Below, one piece after another: positions 33,979 through 42,225 of a stretch of DNA of 47,678 bases. Each line of letters starts with the position of its first letter. The stretch's first letter is position 1. Both the position numbers and the translations under genes were made by a program. A model generated the notes under the pieces. It had not been told where the DNA came from. It saw nothing but the letters and a program-made list of their open reading frames with translations, and made no database searches. This stretch comes from Escherichia phage Lambda_ev058: the sequence record LR597651. One strand, 5' to 3'.

Positions 33979-34268
33979 CTGCCAATCTGTTCCGTTTGGC
34001 TGCCAGCGTCCTGCTGATGGCGATTATAATGAACCAATAGTTCGATATTATCAAGAACTATAAGTACGAATTGTTTGTGGTTCATTAACTTAATGAGATA
34101 TGTTTTTGATATGTAAAGGAATTTATTTTTGTAAAGATTGAAGATTGGTCAGTAGGAGAGAAAGAATTGTTTGCTGGCGTGTTAGTTCGTGGGTTAGCAC
34201 ATGTGCGGATGTTAAATAAGGTAGACGATCGTGAGGAAAAGAAAAACCGGCGCTGAGGCCGGGTATAA

Positions 34269-35168
34269 TTATTTGATTATTTCTTTTATAAAGACTTCTT
34301 TCGGTTGGTATTTTTTATCTGATGATTTGAGCTGGTACGTTATTGTTATATCAGCACGTACAGAAAATTTACCTGCAAAATCTGATGGGTTTACGTTGGG
34401 GCCAAGAACCATATTTACTCTTCGATCTATTAATCCAGGGATAACAGCAGCCCAACCTTTCTCTGGATTGTCGAGGTCTAATGCACGGATTTCAACATCA
34501 ACATCAAAATGATCCTGAGTATATGACTCTGGTGTGAAGACAACTTCAGTTGGGGCTTTTTTAATGGTTTCAGCGGGAATGGTCACTGTACCACCCCCTG
34601 TACCTATGACCATCGTAGATCCTTCGTCTGCCCTAGCTGGGGCAAGCGTCTTAATGGAACTTTTGGCAAGAGTCTTCTTATTGGTTACCGTGCTTTCTAT
34701 GATTGCTTGAAGACGGTCAGGTGAAATATTAGCCTCACCGGCACCAATATTGATGATTGTATTGTTATTTGCTTCAAAGTGGGAGGTGTTGCTTGGAGCC
34801 ATAGCCTTAGTTGCTAGAACTAAGCCATATCCAACCAGACCAATAACAACAGCACCAACGAGAGCGTTTCTCATTTTCCCATTTCCGATCTTTGCATGAG
34901 CGCCAGCAAGAAACTTGTCCATTTCTTCTTGGCTACCAAAGAGGAGTTTAATAACAATATCTTCATAAAGGCTTCCTGCTTCTAATCGCGCAACATGCAC
35001 CGATATATCAAGGATATTAGCCCCTGTCAGTTCCTGCAAAACACCTTCTGATTGTTTTGCGATGGCCTCCCACCCTTGAAGGGAGGTAATCACATCTTTG
35101 ATGCTTACAGGTTCTTTAGTTGAATAATATATGTTTTCGGTAAAGGTTAAAGATAATTCTTGGGACAT
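34269..35168 (-). CDS. hypothetical membrane protein in the position where lambda carries rexAB (candidate exclusion/abortive-infection gene)
   Basis: 299-aa ORF directly downstream of the repressor gene on the same strand; one strong hydrophobic helix (NALVGAVVIGLVGYGLVLATKAM); AT-rich relative to cI and N; no recognised homology. Confidence 0.6.
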   Translation of the reverse strand: MSQELSLTFTENIYYSTKEPVSIKDVITSLQGWEAIAKQSEGVLQELTGANILDISVHVARLEAGSLYEDIVIKLLFGSQEEMDKFLAGAHAKIGNGKMRNALVGAVVIGLVGYGLVLATKAMAPSNTSHFEANNNTIINIGAGEANISPDRLQAIIESTVTNKKTLAKSSIKTLAPARADEGSTMVIGTGGGTVTIPAETIKKAPTEVVFTPESYTQDHFDVDVEIRALDLDNPEKGWAAVIPGLIDRRVNMVLGPNVNPSDFAGKFSVRADITITYQLKSSDKKYQPKEVFIKEIIK

Positions 35169-35297
35169 CCGAGCCCTCGCTGTTTCTTTCGATTTGCTGT
35201 GTTAAGCTAATATTTTAATATCCATGTTTCTGTTTGCTTGCAGTGTGTTTCTCACCACCATCCAAACGTACTGGTTACTAGCTATGTGATGATGAAG

Positions 35298-36005
35298 TCA
35301 TGAACTTTTCAGCCATTCCCTGGCCTCGATGTCATCTAGGTGGCGAGATTGCTTCAGAATACCAGCTACATACTCCACCTTTGCTACTTGATGATAAGGC
35401 AACGTTATTGGCCTGTGGTCTTGGTTGATGCTTGTAAATTGGTATTCTCCGTCTCTGTCATAGCCAAGAACCTTGATCATGTTGTGCCCTTCAATGGTTC
35501 TGACAAACACCTCATCACCTGGGAATACTTTGGTGTTAGGCTCAATGAGTACATATTCTCCTGATTTTATTCTGGGCCACATGCTGTCTCCTTTTACACG
35601 AAGACCAAAGGCATCTGGATCATCGCTATAAATCTTGAGCCACCCATCGCGCTCTTCGGTCATCTCGATGGCACCATCAACACCAAGAATTGCCTCACCA
35701 ACCACGCGCACTAACCCTTTTTTTAATTTGCCAACAATTGAAAAAGTATCTTCATCATTCGCTCCATTTAACGAAGTGCCGTGCTGAAGCCAAACAACAT
35801 CAACGTTTAGAAATTTCGCAAGCGCATTCATTTTTTCCTGGCGTGGTAAAGACTCAGCATTAAACCATTTGCTAACGCCTTTGGACGAAAGAGAAAGGGC
35901 ACGGGCTATGGCCATTCCCCTACCATGTTCATCAAGACCAGCTTCTTTACAGGCTTGCGCTAGCCGCTGGGCGAATTCTTTGCGCACTTTTTCATTCTGA
36001 ACCAT
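35298..36005 (-). CDS. cI: CI-type repressor (HTH plus S24 LexA-like autopeptidase domain)
   Basis: 235-aa ORF with an N-terminal HTH (GMAIARALSLSSKGVSKWF) and a C-terminal GDSM serine motif with downstream Lys, as in lambda CI/LexA. Divergent from cro. Confidence 0.85.
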   Translation of the reverse strand: MVQNEKVRKEFAQRLAQACKEAGLDEHGRGMAIARALSLSSKGVSKWFNAESLPRQEKMNALAKFLNVDVVWLQHGTSLNGANDEDTFSIVGKLKKGLVRVVGEAILGVDGAIEMTEERDGWLKIYSDDPDAFGLRVKGDSMWPRIKSGEYVLIEPNTKVFPGDEVFVRTIEGHNMIKVLGYDRDGEYQFTSINQDHRPITLPYHQVAKVEYVAGILKQSRHLDDIEAREWLKSS

Positions 36006-36083
36006 GAGTACGATACTAAAGCACTTGCAAAAACTTTCAGTTCAACCATAATGCGTACTGAAAGTACGAAAAAGGACATTCCT
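36006..36083. promoter_or_regulatory. OR/pR-pRM divergent control region
   Basis: Direct: candidate pR -35 TTGCAA (36025-36030) and -10 CATAAT (36047-36052); inverted repeat AAACTTTCAGT / TACTGAAAGTA; repeated AGTACGA motif. Confidence 0.45.
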
Positions 36084-36311
36084 ATGCAAAATCTTGATGA
36101 GCCGATTAAAGGTGTCGGCATCCCTGAAGTTGCGAAGGCTTGTGGAGTTAGCGAAAGGGCTGTCTATAAGTGGCTCAAAAACGGCTTCCTCCCTAAGACT
36201 GAGTTTTTTGGGAAAACGAAATACGCATCAAAAATCGAAGAGATTTCTGGTGGCAAATATCAAGCAAGCGAAATGCTTGAAATAAGCAAAAAGAACCTTC
36301 TGGCAGCATAA
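36084..36311 (+). CDS. cro: Cro-type repressor
   Basis: 75-aa product from MQNLDEPIKGVGIPEVAKACGVSERAVYKWLKNG..., with an HTH; first rightward gene opposite cI. Confidence 0.75.
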   Translation: MQNLDEPIKGVGIPEVAKACGVSERAVYKWLKNGFLPKTEFFGKTKYASKIEEISGGKYQASEMLEISKKNLLAA

Positions 36312-36318
36312 GTAACAC

Positions 36319-36353
36319 CGCTCTTTATCAATCTGCACCGCCGACAACGCGGT
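36319..36353 (+). promoter_or_regulatory. nutR: nutR (boxA plus boxB)
   Basis: Direct: boxA CGCTCTTTA (36319-36327) and boxB hairpin ACCGCCGACAACGCGGT (36337-36353), the P22-type boxB-right sequence as recalled. Confidence 0.75.
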
Positions 36354-36417
36354 AACTAATTAAGAACTCATCGAAAGATGCGTATTAGTGATTATTTACC
36401 TATGGAAATAGTAAGAA

Positions 36418-36717
36418 ATGGAACAAACAAATTACAGCAAACTATCACAGCGCGACGTTGATCGCGCAGAAACAGATTTACTTATCAACCTGTCAACGCT
36501 TACTCAGCGCGGTCTGGCAAAGATGATTGGCTGTCATGAATCGAAGATAAGCAGAACAGACTGGAGGTTTATAGCTTCGGTCTTGTGTGCTTTTGGCATG
36601 GCATCAGACATCAGTCCGATTAGCAGAGCTTTTAAGTATGCGCTTGATGAAATCACCAATAAAAAACGCCCGGTGTGCAAGACCGAGCGTTCTGAACAAA
36701 TCCAGATGGAGTTCTGA
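36418..36717 (+). CDS. cII: CII-type transcriptional activator
   Basis: 99-aa ORF; C-terminal ...TNKKRPVCKTERSEQIQMEF matches the lambda CII C-terminus (..TNKKRPAATERSEQIQMEF) as recalled. Confidence 0.85.
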   Translation: MEQTNYSKLSQRDVDRAETDLLINLSTLTQRGLAKMIGCHESKISRTDWRFIASVLCAFGMASDISPISRAFKYALDEITNKKRPVCKTERSEQIQMEF

Positions 36718-36749
36718 GGTCATTACTGGATCTATCAACAGGAGTCATT

Positions 36750-37649
36750 ATGACAAATACAGCAAAAATACTCAACTTCGGCAGAGGTAACTTTGCCGGA
36801 CAGGAGCGTAATGTGGCAGATCTCGATGATGGTTACGCCAGACTATCAAATATGCTGCTTGAGGCTTATTCGGGCGCAGATCTGACCAAGCGACAGTTTA
36901 AAGTGCTGCTTGCCATTCTGCGTAAAACCTATGGGTGGAATAAACCAATGGACAGAATCACCGATTCTCAACTTAGCGAGATTACAAAGTTACCTGTCAA
37001 ACGGTGCAATGAAGCCAAGTTAGAACTCGTCAGAATGAATATTATCAAGCAGCAAGGCGGCATGTTTGGACCAAACAAAAACATCTCAGAATGGTGCATC
37101 CCTCAAAACGAGGGAAAATCCCCTAAAACGAGGGATAAAACATCCCTCAAATTGGGGGATTGCTATCCCTCAAAACAGGGGGACACAAAAGACACTATTA
37201 CAAAAGAAAAAAGAAAAGATTATTCGTCCGAGAATTCTGGCGAATCCTCTGACCAGCCAGAAAACGATCTTTCTGTGGTTAAACCGGATGCTGCAATTCA
37301 GAGCGGCAGTAAGTGGGGAACAGCAGAAGACCTGACCGCCGCAGAGTGGATGTTTGACATGGTGAAGACCATCGCGCCATCAGCCAGAAAACCGAATTTT
37401 GCTGGGTGGGCTAACGATATCCGCCTGATGCGTGAACGTGACGGACGTAACCACCGCGATATGTGTGTGCTTTTCCGCTGGGCCTGCCAGGACAACTTCT
37501 GGTCCGGTAACGTGCTGAGTCCGGCCAAACTCCGCGACAAGTGGACCCAGCTCGAAATCAACCGTAACAAGCAACAGGCTGGCGTGACAGCCGGAAAACC
37601 AAAACTCGACCTGACAAACACTGACTGGATTTACGGGGTGGATCTATGA
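36750..37649 (+). CDS. O: replication initiator O
   Basis: 299-aa ORF matching lambda O as recalled (MTNTAKILNFGRGNFAGQERNVADLDDGYARL...); contains the ori iterons. Confidence 0.95.
   Translation: MTNTAKILNFGRGNFAGQERNVADLDDGYARLSNMLLEAYSGADLTKRQFKVLLAILRKTYGWNKPMDRITDSQLSEITKLPVKRCNEAKLELVRMNIIKQQGGMFGPNKNISEWCIPQNEGKSPKTRDKTSLKLGDCYPSKQGDTKDTITKEKRKDYSSENSGESSDQPENDLSVVKPDAAIQSGSKWGTAEDLTAAEWMFDMVKTIAPSARKPNFAGWANDIRLMRERDGRNHRDMCVLFRWACQDNFWSGNVLSPAKLRDKWTQLEINRNKQQAGVTAGKPKLDLTNTDWIYGVDL
37097..37225. repeat. ori: ori-lambda: four O-binding iterons plus A/T-rich unwinding region
   Basis: Direct: four ~19-bp inverted-repeat iterons (ATCCCTCAAAACGAGGGA-type) at 37097-37185, followed by the A/T-rich tract AAAAGAAAAAAGAAAAGATTATT. 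Confidence 0.85.
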
Positions 37650-38347
37650 AAAACATCGCCGCACAGATGGTTAACTTTGACCGTGAGCAGATGCGTCGGA
37701 TCGCCAACAACATGCCGGAACAGTACGACGAAAAGCCACAGGTACAGCAGGTAGCGCAGATCATCAACGGTGTGTTCAGCCAGTTACTGGCAACTTTCCC
37801 GGCGAGCCTGGCTAACCGTGACCAGAACGAACTGAACGAAATCCGCCGCCAGTGGGTTCTGGCTTTCCGGGAAAACGGGATCACCACAATGGAACAGGTT
37901 AACGCAGGAATGCGCGTAGCCCGTCGGCAGAATCGACCATTTCTGCCATCACCCGGGCAGTTTGTTGCATGGTGCCGGGAAGAAGCATCCGTTATCGCCG
38001 GACTGCCAAACGTCAGCGAGCTGGTTGATATGGTTTACGAGTATTGCCGGAAGCGAGGCCTGTATCCGGATGCGGAGTCTTATCCGTGGAAATCAAATGC
38101 GCACTACTGGCTGGTTACCAACCTGTATCAGAACATGCGGGCCAATGCGCTTACTGATGCGGAATTACGCCGTAAGGCCGCAGATGAGCTTGTCCATATG
38201 ACTGCGAGAATTAACCGTGGTGAGGCGATCCCTGAACCAGTAAAACAACTTCCTGTCATGGGCGGTAGACCTCTAAATCGTGCACAGGCTCTGGCGAAGA
38301 TCGCAGAAATCAAAGCTAAGTTCGGACTGAAAGGAGCAAGTGTATGA
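37646..38347 (+). CDS. P: replication protein P (DnaB helicase loader)
   Basis: 233-aa ORF matching lambda P as recalled (MKNIAAQMVNFDREQMRRIANNMPEQYDEKPQ...). Confidence 0.95.
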   Translation: MKNIAAQMVNFDREQMRRIANNMPEQYDEKPQVQQVAQIINGVFSQLLATFPASLANRDQNELNEIRRQWVLAFRENGITTMEQVNAGMRVARRQNRPFLPSPGQFVAWCREEASVIAGLPNVSELVDMVYEYCRKRGLYPDAESYPWKSNAHYWLVTNLYQNMRANALTDAELRRKAADELVHMTARINRGEAIPEPVKQLPVMGGRPLNRAQALAKIAEIKAKFGLKGASV

Positions 38348-38634
38348 CGGGCAAAGAGGCAATTATTCATTACCTGGGGACGCATAATAGCTTCTGTGCG
38401 CCGGACGTTGCCGCGCTAACAGGCGCAACAGTAACCAGCATAAATCAGGCCGCGGCTAAAATGGCACGGGCAGGTCTTCTGGTTATCGAAGGTAAGGTCT
38501 GGCGAACGGTGTATTACCGGTTTGCTACCAGGGAAGAACGGGAAGGAAAGATGAGCACGAACCTGATTTTCAAGGAGTGTCGCCAGAGTGCCGCGATGAA
38601 ACGGGTATTGGCGGTATATGGAGTTAAAAGATGA
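38344..38634 (+). CDS. ren: Ren
   Basis: 96-aa ORF matching lambda Ren as recalled (MTGKEAIIHYLGTHNSFCAPDVAALTG...). Confidence 0.9.
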   Translation: MTGKEAIIHYLGTHNSFCAPDVAALTGATVTSINQAAAKMARAGLLVIEGKVWRTVYYRFATREEREGKMSTNLIFKECRQSAAMKRVLAVYGVKR

Positions 38635-38659
38635 CCATCTACATTACTGAGCTAATAAC

Positions 38660-38690
38660 AGGCCTGCTGGTAATCGCAGGCCTTTTTATT
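38660..38690 (+). terminator. tR2-like intrinsic terminator
   Basis: Direct: AGGCCTGC-loop-GCAGGCCT stem followed by TTTTTATT, just after ren. Confidence 0.55.
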
Positions 38691-39401
38691 GTGCACAGAA
38701 AACCCCCAGCTAGGCTGGGGGTTCCGGAAAGCTTTCAGCTTTGAGCCAGTTATTAAAACCCCTTTTGATTTGTTAAAACACCTTGCGGTCTGGCAACTGC
38801 AAGTGTCAAACAAGAAATCAAAAGGGGGTCCCAATGGGGAACGAAAAGAGCTTAGCGCACACCCGATGGAACTGTAAATATCACATAGTTTTTGCGCCAA
38901 AATACCGAAGACAGGTGTTCTACAGAGAGAAGCGTAGAGCAATAGGCAGTATTTTGAGAAAGCTGTGTGAGTGGAAAAGCGTACGGATTCTGGAAGCTGA
39001 ATGCTGTGCAGATCATATCCATATGCTTGTGGAGATCCCGCCTAAAATGAGCGTATCCGGGTTTATGGGATATCTGAAAGGGAAAAGCAGTCTGATGCTT
39101 TACGAGCAGTTTGGTGATTTGAAATTCAAATACAGGAACAGGGAGTTCTGGTGCAGAGGGTACTACGTCGATACAGTGGGTAAGAACACGGCGAAGATAC
39201 AGGATTACATAAAGCACCAGCTTGAAGAGGATAAAATGGGAGAGCAGTTATCGATTCCCTATCCGGGCAGCCCGTTTACGGGCCGTAAGTAACGAAGTTG
39301 GATGCAAATGTCAGATCGTGTGCGCCTGTTAGGGCGCGGCTGGTAAGAGAGCCTTATAGGCGCATTTGAAAAACCTCCGGCTATGCCGGAGGATATTTAT
39401 T
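38691..39401 (+). mobile_element. IS200 insertion sequence (IS200/IS605 family)
   Basis: About 711 bp inserted in the ren-ninB spacer. Left-end stem-loop CCCCCAGC-TAG-GCTGGGGG (38702-38720), tnpA, and right-end hairpin CCTCCGG-CTATG-CCGGAGG (39374-39392). Boundaries inferred by comparison with the recalled lambda spacer; accurate to about 5 bp. Confidence 0.75.
38834..39292 (+). CDS. tnpA: IS200 transposase TnpA (Y1 HUH)
   Basis: 152-aa product from MGNEKSLAHTRWNCKYHIVFAPKYRRQ..., with the HxH motif (ADHIHML) and catalytic Tyr region; closely matches IS200 TnpA as recalled. Confidence 0.9.
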   Translation: MGNEKSLAHTRWNCKYHIVFAPKYRRQVFYREKRRAIGSILRKLCEWKSVRILEAECCADHIHMLVEIPPKMSVSGFMGYLKGKSSLMLYEQFGDLKFKYRNREFWCRGYYVDTVGKNTAKIQDYIKHQLEEDKMGEQLSIPYPGSPFTGRK

Positions 39402-39418
39402 TGGGGGAGAGGGAAGTC

Positions 39419-39859
39419 ATGAAAAAACTAACCTTTGAAATTCGATCTCCAGCACATCAGCAAAACGCTATTCACGCAGTACAGCAAATCCTTCCAGACC
39501 CAACCAAACCAATCGTAGTAACCATTCAGGAACGCAACCGCAGCTTAGACCAAAACAGGAAGCTATGGGCCTGCTTAGGTGACGTCTCTCGTCAGGTTGA
39601 ATGGCATGGTCGCTGGCTGGATGCAGAAAGCTGGAAGTGTGTGTTTACCGCAGCATTAAAGCAGCAGGATGTTGTTCCTAACCTTGCCGGGAATGGCTTT
39701 GTGGTAATAGGCCAGTCAACCAGCAGGATGCGTGTAGGCGAATTTGCGGAGCTATTAGAGCTTATACAGGCATTCGGTACAGAGCGTGGCGTTAAGTGGT
39801 CAGACGAAGCGAGACTGGCTCTGGAGTGGAAAGCGAGATGGGGAGATCGGGCTGCATGA
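39419..39859 (+). CDS. ninB: NinB recombination protein
   Basis: 146-aa product from MKKLTFEIRSPAHQQNAIHAVQQILPDPTKP..., matching lambda NinB as recalled. Confidence 0.9.
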   Translation: MKKLTFEIRSPAHQQNAIHAVQQILPDPTKPIVVTIQERNRSLDQNRKLWACLGDVSRQVEWHGRWLDAESWKCVFTAALKQQDVVPNLAGNGFVVIGQSTSRMRVGEFAELLELIQAFGTERGVKWSDEARLALEWKARWGDRAA

Positions 39860-40383
39860 CTATCAAATCAAATACGCCAGCACACGACAAGGACTGCTGG
39901 CAAACGCCGCTTTGGCTTTTTGATGCACTGGATATTGAGTTTGGATTCTGGCTGGATTCGGCAGCGAGCGACAAAAATGCTCTGTGTGCTCACTGGCTAA
40001 CTGAGGCCGACGACGCGCTCAATTCTGAGTGGGTAAGCCACGGTGCAATCTGGAATAACCCACCGTACAGCAATATCAGGCCGTGGGTGGAAAAAGCCGC
40101 TGAGCAGTGCATACAACAGCGACAGACGGTAGTTATGCTTGTGCCAGAGGATATGTCAGTCGGATGGTTCAGCAAGGCTCTGGAGAGTGTCGACGAAGTT
40201 CGCATTATCACTGATGGACGGATTAATTTTATCGAACCATCGACAGGGCTGGAGAAGAAGGGAAACAGCAAAGGCTCCATGCTGCTGATTTGGCGACCGT
40301 TCATCAGTCCTCGACGGATGTTTACTACCGTATCCAAAGCGGCATTGATGGCGATCGGGCAGGGCGTCAGGAGGGCGGCATGA
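39856..40383 (+). CDS. phage DNA N6-adenine methyltransferase (Dam-like, orphan)
   Basis: 175-aa product from [26 protein letters not shown]..., with the catalytic NPPY motif (WNNPPYS); start overlaps the ninB stop. Occupies the position of lambda ninC. Confidence 0.8.
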   Translation: MTIKSNTPAHDKDCWQTPLWLFDALDIEFGFWLDSAASDKNALCAHWLTEADDALNSEWVSHGAIWNNPPYSNIRPWVEKAAEQCIQQRQTVVMLVPEDMSVGWFSKALESVDEVRIITDGRINFIEPSTGLEKKGNSKGSMLLIWRPFISPRRMFTTVSKAALMAIGQGVRRAA

Positions 40384-40556
40384 GGCGACAGCGACGAAGT
40401 TTCACCGACATCATCTGCGAAAACTGCAAATACCTTCCAACGAAACGCTCCAGAAATAAACGCAAGCCAATCCCAAAAGAATCTGACGTAAAAACCTTCA
40501 ATTACACAGCTCACCTGTGGGATATCCGGTGGCTAAGATATCGTGCGAGGAAATGA
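40380..40556 (+). CDS. ninE: NinE
   Basis: 58-aa product [52 protein letters not shown]..., matching lambda NinE as recalled. Confidence 0.85.
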   Translation: MRRQRRSFTDIICENCKYLPTKRSRNKRKPIPKESDVKTFNYTAHLWDIRWLRYRARK

Positions 40557-40900
40557 CAATGGATTATTCACAGTTAAGTGATTTTGAAATTAACAGAATG
40601 GTAGGAGACATAATTTTTAAAGGCCTTTGGGCAAGTAAACCGGAAACATCAGGGAATAACACCAACAAATGGTATTACGGAAATGCTGATACAACTTTTG
40701 AGCCATTAAATCATTTGCCTGACTACTGCAATGATCCGAGCGCTTCATGGCCGATTATTGAGAAATACAGGATTTCTATCTTAGACCAGTTAACTGAATG
40801 GTGTGTGGATGCAAAAGGCGTAAGCCCAATATTTGATACCAGACCTCTCCGCGCCGCCATTATTGTCTTTCTCCTGATGCAGGAGGCCAATAATGCTTAG
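40553..40900 (+). CDS. hypothetical protein (nin region)
   Basis: 115-aa product from [19 protein letters not shown]...; AT-rich; no recognised homology. Confidence 0.5.
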   Translation: MTMDYSQLSDFEINRMVGDIIFKGLWASKPETSGNNTNKWYYGNADTTFEPLNHLPDYCNDPSASWPIIEKYRISILDQLTEWCVDAKGVSPIFDTRPLRAAIIVFLLMQEANNA

Positions 40901-41087
40901 CCCATCTCAATCCCTTCAATACCTGAAAGGAAGCATAGAGCGGGCTTCAATGTGCACAGAGTGGATTCTATCTAGGTTTAGCGCATACAGAAGATTGCCG
41001 GTAAAGGGCATGCCAAGCAAGTCGATGCTGCATATGCAAAAGAATGCGCGCGGGAAGGTATGGCGAGAACGCAGGTTATCTGGCTGA
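40893..41087 (+). CDS. ninF: NinF-like protein with divergent C-terminus
   Basis: 64-aa ORF; the first 10 residues [10 protein letters not shown] match the lambda NinF N-terminus as recalled, but the remainder lacks the Cys motifs. Confidence 0.4.
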   Translation: MLSPSQSLQYLKGSIERASMCTEWILSRFSAYRRLPVKGMPSKSMLHMQKNARGKVWRERRLSG

Positions 41088-41106
41088 AAGAGGGGGTAAT
41101 TAAGGC

Positions 41107-41469
41107 GTGAATACTTACCACATCACACTACCCTGGCCTCCGAGCAATAATCGCTATTATCGCCATAATCGCGGGCGCACGCACGTCAGCGCAGAGGGGC
41201 AGGCATACCGCGATAACGTCGCCCGAATCATTAAAAACGCAATGCTGGATATCGGCCTGGCGATGCCTGTGAAAATCCGCATTGAGTGCCACATGCCGGA
41301 TCGCCGTCGCCGTGACCTGGATAATCTGCAAAAAGCCGCTTTTGACGCACTCACCAAAGCAGGTTTCTGGCTGGATGATGCTCAGGTCGTTGATTACCGC
41401 GTTGTGAAGATGCCTGTTACCAAAGGTGGGAGGCTGGAATTGACCATCACCGAAATGGGGAATGAATGA
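41107..41469 (+). CDS. rusA: Holliday junction resolvase RusA
   Basis: 120-aa ORF matching E. coli DLP12 RusA as recalled ([34 protein letters not shown]...). Confidence 0.95.
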   Translation: MNTYHITLPWPPSNNRYYRHNRGRTHVSAEGQAYRDNVARIIKNAMLDIGLAMPVKIRIECHMPDRRRRDLDNLQKAAFDALTKAGFWLDDAQVVDYRVVKMPVTKGGRLELTITEMGNE

Positions 41470-41606
41470 TGTTTGAGTTTTATATGGCAGAACGTCTTCG
41501 CCACCGCTGGGTGCGTCTGCGCTTATATCGTTTCCCCGGTTCTGTTTTGACCGATTACCGAATACTGAAGAATTACGCCAAAACACTGACAGGAGCAGGA
41601 GTATGA
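41466..41606 (+). CDS. ylcG: YlcG-like small protein
   Basis: 46-aa ORF below the track cut-off, translated by hand as [46 protein letters not shown]; overlaps the rusA stop; matches DLP12 YlcG as recalled. Confidence 0.7.
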   Translation: MMFEFYMAERLRHRWVRLRLYRFPGSVLTDYRILKNYAKTLTGAGV

Positions 41607-41691
41607 AGTCAGAGATAACAATCAACTAATACTGTTTTGCTGATTTTTGCTTGTAATTGGCGTTCTGGTCTGATTTTTGTGGAGTAAGTTG

Positions 41692-42069
41692 ATGCGTGAT
41701 ATTCAGATGGTTCTTGAGCGTTGGGGAGCGTGGGCGGCTAATAATCATGAAGATGTGACCTGGTCGTCCATTGCCGCCGGTTTTAAGGGATTAATTCCTT
41801 CAAAAGTAAAATCTCGCCCGCAATGTTGTGACGATGACGCGATGATCATTTGCGGGTGCATGGCCCGTCTGAAAAATAACAACAGCGATTTGCATGATTT
41901 GTTAGTGGACTATTATGTCGGCGGCATGACTTTTATGGCGCTTGCGCGTAAGCATGGTAGATCTGATTGTTGGATTGGCAGGATGCTCCAAAAAGCTGAG
42001 GGCGTAGTGGAGGGCATGCTGATGGTGTTGGATCTCAGATTGGAGATGGATGCTGATTGTTTGAGATAA
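41692..42069 (+). CDS. Q: late gene antiterminator Q (phage 82 / DLP12 QuuD type)
   Basis: 125-aa product from [33 protein letters not shown]..., matching the Q82-type antiterminator as recalled. Confidence 0.9.
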   Translation: MRDIQMVLERWGAWAANNHEDVTWSSIAAGFKGLIPSKVKSRPQCCDDDAMIICGCMARLKNNNSDLHDLLVDYYVGGMTFMALARKHGRSDCWIGRMLQKAEGVVEGMLMVLDLRLEMDADCLR

Positions 42070-42168
42070 TTAAAGGAAAAGTTGCTGTCTGGTTATCATT
42101 AGACTAATGTTTCAAATGTTAGAATCGCAACGTAGTTATGATCATATAACAGCTTGTTCCCTGATTTA

Positions 42169-42198
42169 GCCAGCCTCCCCAAAGGCTGGTTTTTTTTC
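42169..42198 (+). terminator. tR'-like intrinsic terminator downstream of pR' (Q target)
   Basis: Direct: GCCAGCCT-CCCCAAA-AGGCTGG stem followed by an 8-T run, about 100 bp downstream of Q. Confidence 0.6.
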
Positions 42199-42225
42199 TA
42201 ATAAGTATCAATCCGGTTAGGTATT

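Noticed and set aside
34231-34512. 93-aa ORF on the plus strand overlapping the 3' end of the rex-slot gene
   Set aside because: Antisense to a better-supported longer ORF, with no RBS and an implausible composition; the convergent pL-operon gene is favoured.
38783-38833. Upstream extension of the IS200 transposase ORF (MRSGNCKCQTRNQKGVP...)
   Set aside because: IS200 TnpA starts at the internal MGNEKSL. The extension runs through the IS200 RBS-sequestering stem-loop and is not part of the protein.
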